A stretch of 63,717 nucleotides of DNA, the filler included, from Cercozoa sp. M6MM (taxonomy: Eukaryota > Protista > Endomyxa: Ascetosporea): assembly GCA_040357565.1 (NCBI GenBank). It is 8 parts of 8 records of this genome, joined end to end, with 100 filler letters (N's around TTAATTAATTAA, not from the genome) between each part and the next. Parts side by side here need not be neighbours in the genome. Positions count along the whole stretch, not along the records: positions 38,998 to 42,014 come from JBDODJ010001649.1; positions 42,115 to 58,306 come from JBDODJ010000292.1; 6 more parts are not named here. One strand, 5' to 3'. The position numbers and the translations under genes were made by a program. Of this stretch, positions 39,046-53,943 are shown one piece after another. Within the stretch, counting starts at the first letter, position 1, and every line of letters begins with the position of its first letter. The notes beneath the pieces were generated by a model, which ran no database searches, was not told the origin of the DNA, and saw only the letters and a program-made list of their open reading frames with translations.

Positions 39046-39051
39046 TGGTAG

Positions 39052-40749
39052 GGCACTCTCCCAACTGCTAAAGGAAAAGTTCGGCGCCGTGGCGCGGCAG
39101 TGCTGGCCGCTGGTGTGGCCCACCTTCAAGGAGAAGAAGGCTTTCATCGAGCAGGCTGTGTTTGGCGTGCTGAATGCCTTCCACACGCAGGCTGCAGTTC
39201 CTGTACTATCTTGTTCTGCTAGGAGATAGCTAGGAACATGGGGCACACCTATGCGTGTGGATGGACAGGCACAAGACGCACTGCGCGAGTGGCAGAGCGC
39301 CCTGTCGACGGCCAAGATCATGCCCAAGGTGCGCGCCAACATGATACAACTCCTGACTCAGTACGTGGATCATCGACTGCCTGCCGATGACTGGTATCAC
39401 TCACTCACTGCTATACCTATCTGCCTTCCTACCTCCGTGCTGCCTACCTACCTACCTTTGCTGTTCTTCTGTATGTGCTATGAGTCAGGCATGCCGTCAA
39501 GCAGGAGGTGCAAAAGTCGCTGACCAAGCTGCTGAGCGACGCCGACCCGTCGGTGCGCAGCAGTGCGTGCAAGGCTCTCGGCGCACTCATCGCTGTCACA
39601 CAGGACGACGCCGCGCAGGCACTGCTGTCCGAGGTGTGTTTGACCCCTCCCTCTCCCATCCCCTGCAAATGTGTTACTTCTGGTGGGATGACACAGGTTC
39701 CTGCCAAGGCGGCCAAGCGCGTGCTGCAAGTCAGCAAGAAACGCGGCTTCGTGCCCAGCGGTGCCGCTGTTACTGCCGCCGCCGACACCTCGCGCACGCT
39801 GCCGCGGCCTGCGACGTCGCGGCGAACCCGTGCCTTCCGCCCTAGCATATCTGCGACATGTAGTGTATATCTACATATCATCATGTGCATGTGTGTGCGC
39901 AGGCGGCACGAGGCCAGTGCGTGGCCGGCGGCCGGCGACAGCGACTCGCACGCGCGCGATCGGACAGGTGCAACGGCCGACTGAGGTGCCCATGGACGAC
40001 GATGACGACGACGACGATGTCAAGGAGGTACCTGTCTCACTGTCTCTGAGGCACACCCACACCTCCAGCACTGTGCATGTGTGATGTATATGTGTGATGT
40101 ATGTGTGTGTGCAGACATCGCCGGTATCGGTGCGACAACGATCATCGCAGCCGCCGAGGAGAACACTCGCGCAGCGACAGCAGCAGCCGCAACAACAGCA
40201 ACAGCAACAACAGCGGGCGCATGGACTTGAGGAGATGGAGGCTTTGCTCAAGCAACTCAAGCACCGGTATACACTGTGTATCTATGTATCTTTATATCTT
40301 CATCATGTATACATATATACATATACATATGTATGTATCTATAGATATGTATCTACGGCTCTATATGTTGGGTCTATCTATCTATGTGTATGTAGCGACT
40401 GGGAGAAGCAGCGCGACGCGTTGCAAACACTACGCGGCATTCTGCGGCAAGGCGACGCGCCTCTCTCGGTGCCTTGTCTTGTCTTGCTTTTCCTTGCCTT
40501 GCCTTCACCTTGCCTTGTCTTCACCTTGCCTTCCCTTGAACTTGCCTTGAGCGGAAGAAAGGGACTGTCCTTGTATGTATGCGTGTATGCACAGGAGGAG
40601 GCACTGCTGATGCTGATGCCAGCGATGCCGGCACTGTCCAAGACGCCGAACAAGAAACTGCTGGCACTCGCTCTCGATGTACTCGCCGACATGGTGCGCG
40701 TGCTGCCTGGTACATTCATACCCTCTATCGTCTCTGTGTGTGGGTGTGT

Positions 40750-40784
<35 letters not shown>

Positions 40785-41746
40785 CCTTGCTTGACCCCAC
40801 CCGAAGAGTCAGACCAGTCCAAGGAGATGTTGGCCAACGTCGGCAAGACCGTGGTCCCGGCCATGCTGCATGCGCTGCAGAGCACGTCGTCGGTGCTGTC
40901 GTCGTGCGCTACGGCCACGGTGGCCAACTGGATGCGCGCCACGGGACTGCCCGCCATGACCAAGGTGTGTTTGTATGTATGTATGTATGTATGTATGTAT
41001 GTATGATGTATGTATGTATGATGTATGTATGTATGATGTATGTATGTATGTATGTATGTGTATGTGTGTGTGTGTATAGGAGGTGAGCACGGCGATGGAG
41101 AAGGAAGGCAACGCGCGCAAGGAACTGCTGACGCTGCTGGCCGACTCGCTGGACGAAGGCGCGCTGCAGCCGGCCGCGTTGCTACCGCTGTGCCCGGCCC
41201 TCATACTGTGTCTACAGGTAGATCCTACCTGCCTCTGTCCCTCTCTCTGCTCTACCCATCTAGATATTCCCCGTATGGGTGTGTGTGTGTGTGTGTGTGC
41301 AGTCGAAGGTGCGACACACGCAACGACAGGCACAGCGAGTGCTGGCGCACGCCATGCGACACGCGCGCTGCGTGCAGCGACTGCGACACCGTCTGCGCAG
41401 CCTCAAGCCTGGTATACCCTCCTGTCCCCCAGGGAGGGAGACGCCCAGTGTATGCATGCGTATGTGTATATGCGTATGTGTGTCTGCACAGTAACACGCG
41501 CCGATATCGAACGCATGATGGAGAGCAGTGCGGCTCCTCTGGCGCCCCAACGATCGCGCAGCAAGGTAGGGTGTTCGTGTATCTGTCTCTGTGTGTACGC
41601 GTCCATGTGTACAGGTATCGGTGTCGTCTAGTGGTGCTACGCACAGCAAGTTGAGCGCACGGCGCTCCAAGATTCGCGTGCCTGTGCGAGGCGGCAACGG
41701 CGTGTCGCAGCGATCGCCGACACTGCCACAACAACACCAACAACAA

Positions 41747-41786
<40 letters not shown>

Positions 41787-41994
41787 GACACCAACCAGCG
41801 CAGCAGCAGCAGCAACAGTTGCGTGTGTCGCGTTTGTCCGACCCGGTGGCTGCTTTTACTGCCGCTGCTGGAGGAGGCACTCGGTCCACGCAGCGTGGTG
41901 CCGCCACTGGCACCGGTGCCATGTCTTGGATGGACGTGAACTTCACGGCCTCCAACACGTCGATCGACTTGTCGGCCGAGTCGCACGAGGAGCT
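39052..41994 (+). CDS. TOG/HEAT-repeat microtubule-associated protein (XMAP215/CLASP-like), partial
   Basis: PTFKEKKAFIEQAV, KLLSDADPSVRSSACKALGAL, DWEKQRDALQTL; basic and Q-rich linkers. Confidence 0.75.
40970..41078 (+). repeat. Intronic (TATG)n/(TG)n microsatellite
   Basis: Direct reading. Confidence 0.95.
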
Positions 41995-42321
41995 GTACCC
42001 CCCCCCCCCCCGCANNNNNNNNNNNNNNNNNNNNNNNNNNNNNNNNNNNNNNNNNNNNTTAATTAATTAANNNNNNNNNNNNNNNNNNNNNNNNNNNNNN
42101 NNNNNNNNNNNNNNACCTAGCACTGTACCGTACCAGCATGAGTTTAATCGTGCCACATCATCGCATGTCAATCACGTCAACTTCCGTTCATGACGGAGTT
42201 TAAATCCCGACGTTTATATTTGTTGCAATTACAGTGGAACTTGACGGGTTTCGGACGACGCGATAAATGAGGGCGTGCTTATAATAATCGACAGTACAGT
42301 ATCGAACTGAGATGTGACAGC

Positions 42322-43125
<804 letters not shown>

Positions 43126-43527
43126 CGTGCTTTGCTAGTACTGAACGCCAGTACAACCGAGACTGAAACGGAGTGTAAACCGCTTAAACAAACAAACAGA
43201 CACAAAAACTGTGCGCTATGCCTGTTTTTGAGGCAACGAACAGCCTCGCTGCTGCGAACAGCCAAAAACTGCCCCTCTATCGACGAACAGCAAAAATTGG
43301 GAAGCCTGCCTGTGTTTATTAGACATGCAGCCCTGTCAAAACGGTTAAAAGGTGTGTCCACACGCATTGGCGTTGCATGCTCCCCACATACAGTGCAAGG
43401 GCATGATATTGTACTGCGCCCACGTTTGCGCTTTAAGTTTGAATGAAGTCTGTCCAGGCAGGCTGGCTGGTGTCGTGGTCTAGATAGTTCAGTAACTAAC
43501 TTAACTGCATTTAAAAAGCAAAGACGA

Positions 43528-44942
43528 TTAAATGAAAGGATGATTATTTCCGCCACACAACATCGGTGCTGACTTGGAACGGGTCCTGCGCACCGCATTC
43601 ACCAGAGGCCAGGTACAGGATTGTATATATATCGTACTTTGTACGGCCAGAAAACAGTATTGCGTTGAGTACGTACCTTGGCCACCGACAGTCTCAAGCG
43701 TTGTCTGGCAACACCTGCGTCTTGCTTCTTCACGCTCCTCCAAGGATTAAACTTTGAGGGCGCCCAATGCTTATCCTGCTGCCTGTACAGTATTAACACA
43801 ACGTTCAGTTTGTACTATGTTGAGAGACAGAAGCGAAGTACTTTACCCGTCAGGAACCCGTGATCTTGACGTGTAGTAGCGCCGAGTGTTCAAAGGAGCG
43901 AACATGACAGCAATGAGAGTAACCTCATTCAAGTCGACAGCTGCGTCTTGTGTGCGTACTGCAACTTGCACCTGAATCCCTGAATCAGAGTCGATAGCTT
44001 CACTCTTTGATTCGCTGACAGTGTCGGTATTGGGAACTCGTCGGAGACGGACGGCAAACCACATATCGCGAAAGTACTGCTCAGCTTTCATAAATGACAT
44101 TCTTGCTATCACACACAGTACTGGACATCAAGCCCAAAACACCTCTTGTATCTTTAACCAACCTACGAATAAAAAGAAAGGCACCTGATCCTCGGAGCTG
44201 CACCGCACACAAAGCTACAGTAGTAAACAATGACGAGATTGGCTCCTGAAACGGTATTATAAGACATGTTTCAGAAGCGAAATTTACGGGCTCAGTCAAA
44301 CAGTCTGCAACGTCGGCGTTTTCGTATAGCTTTTGAAAGATTGCTTTCAAAGTGTTGATCACCTAGAGCAGCTTAATTTAAAACACCATACAGGGAGCAA
44401 GTTCATATACTGGTGTCATTATCATTACTTGTGACTCGATCCCCACAAAGGAGATAGCTCTGGATTAATGATTCATCAAAAGAGAAGCACTTTCATGCAA
44501 CATTTTGTACCCACACGGAACTTCAACTCCAGGTACCTGCAACCTCCTGCCCCTCTGCACTCACACAAGCAACAATTCTCTTGCGAACGTCCGTAGCCAC
44601 AAGCAAACACACTGTACAGTACTAAGAGAAAGTACAAACTGGAACTCTGTGCTTTTGGAAGGCACAACTGTCACATGTGCCACCTTCATGCCGAGCCTAC
44701 ACACCGAGAATTATTATACTTTTGCAAGATCGTCTGCAAAAAAAAAAAAAACCTGAGCCCGTTCCGTCGGAATGTCTTGCCGGAGCGCCTGCTTATTGGG
44801 CTCATTTTAGTTTACACTGTCTATGAAATGCACACACGCCCAGGCACACAACAACAGACGATAATAGTACTGTATTGCACAGGCTTGGAATTTTCTTTGA
44901 ACTGTGTACCCTCTACCTCCAGAGAAATTTAAACCTTTTCAT
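43528..44942 (-). CDS. Possible multi-exon hypothetical protein (AT-richer)
   Basis: Short ORFs 43843-44112 and 44081-44362 plus a possible signal-like first exon pair; no recognisable motif. Confidence 0.3.
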
Positions 44943-45011
44943 TGATTAATGCCTTTCATTAATTAATGCCATCAACTAACGAGTAGGCCCCGTCGGGGCA
45001 AAACACGCAGT

Positions 45012-47023
45012 TCACTCTCGTTTCGTTTTCGCGGAAGCTCGTCTGCGGCAGGTGCGTCGCAACACTGCCACAGGCAGAAGGAACACGACCGAGACAATGA
45101 TGAGTGCCGACAGTAGGCGGTAACGCAGCATAAAGCCAAGCACTTTGAACATGGGCGTCAGTTTCACTATCAACACACATCCAAAGCGTGTGTCAATTGG
45201 AAGTTTCAAGTATCAACGTACCCGGGCTCTGCTCGTGCAACAAACGCTCTGGCGTGCACTCGAGCGGCGACTCTGGCGTGTCGAGTCCGTGCAGTGGGTC
45301 CCGACTCGAGTGCCAGAAGTGACCAGTCTCAAAGTGCAGTCGGTGTGTGCCGTAGTGCGCCTGCTGCGGACCTGCGGAGCAACCAAGCTGACCCCCTTAA
45401 GTGGGACATAGATGCTTTTCTACCTTTGAAGTGCACAGCGACATCAACAGCATCGTCTTGGGCGGTGACTTCGATGGCGCCGAAGTTGAAGTCGAGAATC
45501 GGCAGACTTCCCAGTCCTGTCGATACAACACAAGTGTACTACCAGCACACAATACACACCAAAGCAGAAGAGGTACGCAAACGTCGAGGCGTGTGACGCG
45601 ACAGGTAGTGCTGCACGCGACGCGGCAGTAGCAGCAGCTTAAGAATGCTGCCCCAGGTGTGCGTCATGCCACTCGACGTGAAGTCCACCAGCGGGAAGCC
45701 CAGTGTGTCCCGGAAGGCGCCGCACAACAAAGCATTCGTTTCGGCCAGATGCACATCGCCACTCAGAAGCACAACGCCTTTCGTTCCTTCTGCAGGGTGG
45801 GCAGGTTCTAACACAACAAGAAACAGGAGCAGAAAACCTACTGCCGCACTGCGCCAGCAGGTTCAGCAATCGCTCATGCGACTTCGGGAAGCGCGACCAA
45901 GACTCGGCTGCTGGGAACTACGTGTGTGTGCGTGTGTGTACATAACCGTATGTATTATGTAGGCACATTAGCTACAGTCAAAGGAACACACCAAAGCCTG
46001 CTTGTCGTCGGAGAGAACTTGGACACCGCTGCCGATGAAGACGGTGGCTCCTGTGGCAGCGGCATGCTTGACCTGCCGTTCAAACCACTGCCACTGCTCC
46101 TCACCCAGCATATCAGCGTCACCTAAACAGCAAGCCCAAATAACTATCAGTAAAAAAAAAACAAACAGTTCGGTACTTTCGGTGAAAGCCGGCGGAGCGT
46201 CATCGCGATGATAACGAACGTCGAGCAGAATCAATTTCACCTTGAGATCGCCCTTCTCACTGCATCAAGAATGTGGGGTAGCTACCCTTTCTGTAAGTTA
46301 GATGCGTGTACAAAAGGTGGGCTGAGTAGACGCCCTCTTGTTTGCGCAGTGGAGAGTCGGCGGGCTCGCTCAGAAAGTCCAAGAACAACTGCTGCGCCTG
46401 CGTGCGGTTCCTGCCATTAGAGTTCACACAACAGTCAAGACACTCCAGTAGGAAGTGGGATAAATGACTGAATACTCATATGACTTGCCGCCGTCGTTTT
46501 CGCCCAGATCATGGTCGTCCCAGGTGCCAACAACGCTCGCACCGCGTTCTTCCATCGAACGAAGGAACTCGCTGTAGTCTTCTCTGTCAAACACGCACAC
46601 ACAAAGCCAGAATAAATACACAAGAGCAATGGCAAGAGATGGAAAACACCTTTGAAGCATCATGTCCCACTTGGCCTTCATCTTATCCAGTGGCACCGGG
46701 CGTCGCCCTAGTCCGTGGATTTCGTCCAGGTAGGCCGCATCACCCAGCCAGGCCCAAGCTATGCCAATACGGATATCATCTCATTCTGACACAAATAACA
46801 CAAGTCAACACAGCAGATTACTATCCGGCTGAAACGCCGCGACGTCCGACCAAATGCCGTAGTTACGCCGGTCTTGTTTGTGACAGCTGCCGAATGCGAT
46901 CTTCAGCGTACCTGGCGAGGCCGACTTTGGCACGTCATGAATGAAGCATTCGCAACTTGGGTCAAAAATGGCCGCAGCGGTAGCACCAGATAGGGCTGCG
47001 ACAAGGCTTAAAAGCCAAAACAT
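45012..47023 (-). CDS. PhoD-like alkaline phosphatase, signal peptide and C-terminal TM
   Basis: IAFGSC, WLGDAAYLD, GTWDDHD, LILLDVRYHR, MLGEEQWQW, LLSGDVH, TSSGMTH. Confidence 0.93.
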
Positions 47024-47634
47024 CTAAATTAACACCGCTCGCGCACACCAGAGGTCTGTACAGTCTGGGTGTTCCAGACCAAACCTTTATTTTCTTTTGC
47101 TCGCGTTAAGGAAAAATAATCATTTTGCGTCGCGCACATCCTTGAAAGTCGAAGCGTACCAGTAGCCGCTACACGGGACTACCGACGTCGAATGCATCGA
47201 GCGACACAAAGCACTTAAGTCGAGTTGGCAGATAAAGCGATGACGGGGTCGTGATGTTAAAGTTTTTGCGTTTTTACCTAATTGGGACCCAGCGAAAAAT
47301 GTTTGAGAATTAGGGACTTTTTAGCACTAACCAAAGTAACCAAGCGAATATAAATTGCCTTTCACGTGTGGAAAGATACCCAGATGCTCGCTAGAGGCAC
47401 TGTGCGATTTGTTTGGTATTTGAACCGGCGCTCCTGGTCACTTTTCGATTTTCGTTGATTGAAGAAACGGCGGGAAACTACAACCAAACGCTCGTCCTCG
47501 TTCTCGTCTCTCACAGAACAACGCTTAGCGCACAGTCGCCAACCCGACCATTCCGTCGTCAGCATTTGATTTTTTTGGCCGGAGCGCCAATCCCCTCGCG
47601 TCATCCGGCCTTCAGACACCGGCCCAGACGCACA

Positions 47635-50208
47635 ATGGGGGCGTTTGGACGACAGAGGTCCTTTCCTGCGATGAAGGTACCCTCAAACATTCTTGATTCA
47701 AATTCAAGCTTTCATTTTCGCCAATTGTGCATTTCCTCCCTTCTTGGCTTTTCACTCCCCGTTCTGCTTTAGGTGATGATGAAGACGGCTATAATCCGTC
47801 GAGCAAGTTGAGTAGTGAAAGCTTCTCGACTTGCTCGACACCATCTTCAATCCCTGATTCAACTTCATCAAGCTCGAGCAACACACGCTCGGCCGATGCT
47901 TATGGTCACAGCAAACTGACTGTCAGCTTCCGCTTCCTCGCGACGAATCTTAGGTACCAGAGCCCATTGCTGTTTCCTCTCTTCCCATTGTGCACTGAAT
48001 CTTTTGATTGGTAGCTCGACGACATCTGCAATCGCCTTTGATGTTTTACGTCCTGTCGTTCTCCTCATGTTAGTCGGTCGCTTCGCCGGTGAGCCAGCCA
48101 TGGCAGCCGCGTCTGGTAAATAAAGGACACGAAGAGTGTGGTTTGTGCTTTTGATTCAATGTCGCTCTGGACAGGCGCTCTAACGATCGTCGAGTTTACG
48201 GGCGTGGCCTTCGCAGAAGGTATCTCGCAGTCACTCGAGATTCTCCTACCTGCCAGCAAGGCGAGTCAAATCACGCGAACGATTCAAGCAACGATAACTC
48301 TTGCTCTTATGGCTGCCGCTGTTGTCGCGTCGCTGTGGTTCTTCTGTGGCAGCGCTTTCTTCCATGCCGTGTTTTCCGGTATCGCATTTTATACAAAGTG
48401 ACTACTTACTTTGTTTACATTTTATTTATCCTTCTTTGCTTGTGCAGACGAAATGCTCGCTGTTCGTGCAGCTTTGTTTCTGCGAGTTGCATCTTTGAGC
48501 GCGGTATCATTACCTTCACAGCAATAAATGAAGGTCGCAATAAGCAAACTGTTCTGTTTATCAATTGTACTTCCGTAGTTTCCGATCTTTGTTTCCGAGT
48601 CGTTGCAGATCACGTTGGTATGTCCCCCAAAGTGAGAAAAGAGAATGTGTGTTGTACCCCTTACTGTGACAGTTCGCCGTCAACAACGGTTTGGGCGCCT
48701 TGTGTGCCAGTGCGATGGGCTTCCTGGTGCAGAATGCTGCCCTCGTGGCCATGTTTCTGCTGAAGCCTGTTTCAAAGGTAAAAGAGACCACTTGTTGAAC
48801 TGTATATCTTTGTATTCATTCAATGTTGCAGGACACGGACGAGGAGACAGCTCTCCGCACGAGCATGACACAGATTGCCTACATTTTTGTCGCCGGCAAG
48901 TTCTTCCTCTTCTTCGCGCAGCTCGTGGCGGTTCGTCGCAGCTGGCTGCAAGGTCGCTTCCGAACCTCGACTGTGGGCGAGCACGTGGCTGCCGATGCAG
49001 AGGCCGGCGTTCCGGCCCAGGTGTACGTGATCGTAGAGTGTGAAATGTCCGACATTGAGTTTTCTCACCAAGAGCCGGATCGAACAACTAACGAGACATC
49101 GTCGAACACGTCGTTGACAGAGACAGGCGCGACTGAAAGCACTGCAACTGTCATCAAAAGTGAAGCATGCTTGCCTTCGATGTGGTACTGTGGCAAGCGT
49201 GCCATGCTGGTGTCGCTACCTTGCCTGTTGGCATTGATGCCGGAACGCGCCGTCGATGAAGTTTGCTCCTACGTGGCGGCTGCTTTGGCGACAACGACTG
49301 CTGCGCCTTCTCGTATGAAGTCCTTTTCTTCTTTCATACCTGAATTTGCTCACTTGAACATATGTGCAGTAAGCGTGGAGTCGGCCGTTGCTGCCTTCGC
49401 TGTTGTTGCGTCTTTGATTCAAATCTGCTCTCTGTTTTCGGTAGACCTGCTCTCCGCATAAATGTGTTGTGTGTTTGGTGCGTTTATATTGATACTCTTA
49501 GATCGGTCTGGCAACGACGCTATCGCTAGCAATGTCGCGTCATCGCGACCTGTCATGCCAGCACGCGCGTTTTAACCTGCAGCAGCAAAAAACCGCGCTC
49601 ATTCGCGTTCTGACTCTGTTCCTCGCAGGCGTGCTAGTGCTGGTGGCGGTGTTTGCCTCGATTCCGCACTTGTTTGTCGAAGCGTTTCTCGAAGAGGATT
49701 CGAACGGGAGTGACGAGGCCTCTCATGCGCGCGAACTTGGCGTTTCGCTGGTGCGGCAGTTTGCACTGTGCTGCCTCCCGCTGTACGTGCTGCAAGTGAC
49801 GCTCGCCGGTGGTCTGCGTGGTCTTGGCAAGCAAACACACACTGTTTTTGTCGCCTTTGTCTGTAAGTCATGGCTATATTTTTGTCGTGTTTTAAACTGC
49901 ACTTTCTTGTAGAGTGCATTTTTTATGTTTGGACAGCTTTTCTGGTGATAACGCCAATCCTGGTGGTTACGTTGGCATGGAAGGCGGGAATGCTGCTCCA
50001 GGGTCTTGTTTGGGCACTGTTTGGTGGCTATCTAAGCGCGAGTGTCTTTTTCGCTGCGCTGTTGTGGCTGCACTTCCGCGTTGCAGACAAGCAACTGCGC
50101 GTCAGCTTTCATGGCACCGGGGGCAACCTCGCTGGTACACCGACAGACTGGAACGGTCACGACACTGGACAGGCACACGCTGCCGGAGACTTCGCAACTG
50201 AGCCGTAG
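47635..50208 (+). CDS. MATE-family multidrug/toxin antiporter
   Basis: LVGRF...MAAA...GISQSLEIL in the first repeat and LAGGLRGLGKQ in the second; many TM segments. Confidence 0.8.
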
Positions 50209-50611
50209 CCGAACTCCTTCGATTGCAACGAATACTGTGCAGCCAAGGTCCGTCGAATTGAAACGAAATTGTAGCTGCGTCGGCGTGTGATGGGGTTCGG
50301 CATGACCAGACTTGCTCGGCTGAGTCCCTGGATGCCTCGGACTGAGTTTGCAAATATTACTTCCGTCCGTTCGATGCTGAATGCGTTCGCAGACTTAATG
50401 TCTGTTTCCGAGGCCTACCGCGTATATACGAGGCGTACCGTTTGTACAAGTCAGGCCGGGCTGGCTCGCCGGGTAGATTTAGCTAGCACTGTACAGTATC
50501 CGTGCGGACTCTAGAAATGCCGAATTCCATTTTGGCCAGTGAGTAAAATACGTATCGTGGAGCTACTATAAGCTTCCAGCCGAGTCTACAGTACCACGAA
50601 AAGCGACTGAC

Positions 50612-51767
50612 ATGTCAGATGAATCGCAGTCCGAGTATGAGGCAGATTTTGAGGTTGTGTTGTATCGCAATCAGATTCTATCAGTATTGACCGAGTGGTT
50701 TGTTTGTGCAGTCCTACTCGAACGATTTCGAGAATTCCGACTCAAGCTTAAGTGCTAGCGACTCCGACGAACTGAAAGCCGAGTCCACCGAAGGCACGAA
50801 ACAAGACCCAGCTAGAGTTGCATCCTCGACGAAGTTTGAGCTGAATGCAGATTTGCTCAAAAGTTTCAATTTGCACTCGATTGGCCTACCCCGAGTCATT
50901 GGCTTTCAATCCGAGAGGCACTCTGACTGTTTTGAAGAGAACACGGCCTTCTTTGTGGTCGCATGTGATCTGCGGATAGATGAAGACACGTTGCATTGCG
51001 CTGTGGTGGTTTGCAAGACCAGAGGAAACACGGACTGCCGACTCGTCCGGTGCCCGGGCTTTACTTCAAATGTATAAGCACGCACAAGCGTAAGTAGACA
51101 ATTGTACTGTAGGGTTTGTTTGAGCGAATGCCGACTGGAAGCTGCGGCAGTTGACACCGAACACCACCTTCTTGCGGCAGGAAATTCGATTGGTGGCGTT
51201 GCGTTTTGGTCGCTGTTAAATCCTGAAGACCTACGAAAACGTCGAGAAGACGGAAGCTTCGAAAGCGACGCCCTCGCCAGCAAAGCAGCAAGAATCCAAC
51301 AGCTTCTGTCACAAGAGAGAAACGGAACCAAACTGTTCTCGCCGTTTCTCGTGTCGGAAATGTACTTGGGGTTGAGTCACGCCTACAAGGTGTCTCAAGT
51401 CGAGTTCGTCTTGGACGAAGTGAGCCGCGAGCGCAACACGAAAAGCGTCACGCTCGCCTCGGTCGACGAAGTTGGCACCGTACACGTTTGGGAACTCGTT
51501 TCATCGGTGCTGAAGACGAAAGAAAGCAAACTGCTCGCCGACAACGTCGTACATTTGAGCGAACTCCCGAGACTTTCGCTCCGACGTGCGAGCGTATGGA
51601 AAGGACCGGCCTTTCGTATCTCGAAACTGCTCGCAGCTGCGGGAGAACTGCGCGCCCTCTGCACCGAGTACAGAACTGAATCAGATACAGGCCTCTCTCG
51701 CCAAGAAACAAAAACTGTAGGCGAGAAAACTCTTGTCGTTCGCGAAAGACAGGTGGAACTCTTTTGA
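50612..51767 (+). CDS. WD40-like protein (weak resemblance to dynein-2 intermediate chain WDR60)
   Basis: YEADFESYSNDFE acidic start; LLAAGNSIGGVAFWSL; LASVDEVGTVHVWEL. Confidence 0.55.
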
Positions 51768-52447
51768 ACGCGCTTTCTCGTTCATTGATCGATGACGGGT
51801 ATTGCGCACGACTAAGCTAATTGATCACAGTGCACTGCGCCACAGCCCTCGGCATTGTGCCCCCAAAAACCTCGCCAAACCGTACCCGACACCTGCTTGG
51901 CGGCTGACTAAGCACCTATACCCTGTGTTTGGTAGAGTGGCGTGGCGAGCAGCTCGATCACCAGAATTAAAAAAAAAAACACTCATACCAGGTACCTCAA
52001 AGGATACCGTGCTTGTTGACACCAAAACAACTGACTTGCTCTATCTTGAGCAGGCAAGAGGGTTTTGTTTTGTTTGTCTTAGAACAAACCTCTCAAACAC
52101 TCTCAACTGTAATGGCGGCCCTACTTTTATTGTTACGACAACAGGTAATTGCGCACAAAACCATGCGCTGTCCAGTGTGCCAACCGCATTTGGCAGCCAT
52201 CAGTGTTGTTAAAAACCTAAACAAGACAGTCTTCAGATGTGGCTACTGTTCTGACCACCGGAAAGTCAGAAAATTCCCCAATCTTTTCACGCCGAATATC
52301 ACAACTTTTACAGTTGTTTCAAGGGTCCAGGCTTAAGTGTTAAGCGCAGCTCTACAACATAGAAGACAAGCGGCAACCTCAAGTGTTGAGTTTTGATTGC
52401 TGCAGTAAAACTGAAAATAATCCAAAGAGGGATACCAACCAAAAAAG

Positions 52448-53943
52448 ATGATGCTGAAGCTGAAAATTGAGTTCAATGGCGAGATCCGCCGCACACAGGT
52501 ATCCGAGGTTCTGTTGGAATTGTAACACCGGTACAATTTACTTCTACTTTTTAACAGGTGCCGAACCCGTTGTCGATGGCGTCGCTGCGCGAGGCCGTGA
52601 AGGAGATGTTTGCGACGGACATTGTCGCCTCCAAGGCTTGCATCAGCTACGTCGATGACGAGGGCGACAAGATTATGGTCACGCAGGACATTGAACTGCA
52701 GGAGGGTACCTTGTCTCACCGAGTGCAACGCACCTACTGAATTGACCTCTACATGATGTTGCCTTTTGTTAGCCGTCCATGTCTTCAATGGCAAGACTGT
52801 GAAACTGCGAATTTCTGCATCCAAGGAGCCGACCGAAGAGTCGGCTGGAGCTGCTTCCGACGCTGCTTGCGACCTGGAGTCCGCCATGGGTGCTGCGGTG
52901 GAGCTGCTTCCAGAGGCTCTGAAACTGTTCGGCGACTACGTGGCCGCTGGCCTCGTGCCGCCCGAGGCAGTTGGTAAATTTCACTTGCTCAGTACCCTGC
53001 AACTGGAGTGTATCACTAGTATGTCCCTGTATGCCTGTGTGCAGAGAAGGTGCTGATCGAGATGCCGGAACTCTCGGCGCATGCCGATTTGGTGCGTCAG
53101 CATTTCCACGCTGTGAAGATGCGCGAGCGCGACCGGCGTCATCGCGGCTGTACGCGCGGACGTGGACGTGGTCGCGGACGTGGCTGTGGCCGCGGACGTC
53201 ATCACCACGGTCAGTCAGGCCATCACGGTCACGGTCGTCATGGTCATGGTCATGGTCACAATGGCCGCGGTCGAGGCGGCTTCCTGCGTGGCCTGCTGCA
53301 GGGCAGTCACGGTCCTCTGCTCGGCCTGCTGCATCAGCCTTGCGGCGGTCTGCGCGGCGGTCGAGGCATGCGACACGGTGGCATGCGACACAGCGCGCGC
53401 CGACTCGGCCTGGGCGCCACGTTCGTGAGGGACGTGTCGCTGCCGGACCACATGGAGCTGCCGGCCGGCTCGGTGCACGTCAAGACCTGGAGCTTTCAGA
53501 ACACGGGCACGGTACAGTGGCCGCAGGGCACGAAACTCCACTTTGTCAAGGGCGCCGCGGACGTGCTGCAGGGACACACCGAGTTTGACGTGCCGTGCGC
53601 CAAGCCAGGTGAGCAGGTCGAAATCTCCGTGCCTGTGCACGTGCGTGCGTGTCCGCCGTTGGGTGCGCATGTGCGTCGTCGTGATCGCCGACTCAAGGCC
53701 GTGTTCCGTCTCATGGCACCGGTCGGCAGCTTCCAGCAACGGGTCAGTTTCGGCGACCGCGTCTGGCTCAACGTCAACGTTGTGGCCAGCGACACCGACG
53801 TCGACGCGCTCGTCAAGCAGGCGCGAGCGACGCTGGGCGACCGCGTGACTGCCTTTTCCGACGGGGAACTGCAGCAACTCCTGGCTGCCTTTGACAACGA
53901 TGTCGGCACTTTCGTGCGCGACGTGCTTGGTGGCTCGGCTTAG
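52448..53943 (+). CDS. NBR1: NBR1-like autophagy receptor (PB1 + FW domain + UBA-like tail)
   Basis: PB1 (LKIEFNGEIRR, YVDDEGDKIMV); FW domain (FVRDVSLPD...KTWSFQNTG..QWP...FGDRVW). Confidence 0.85.
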
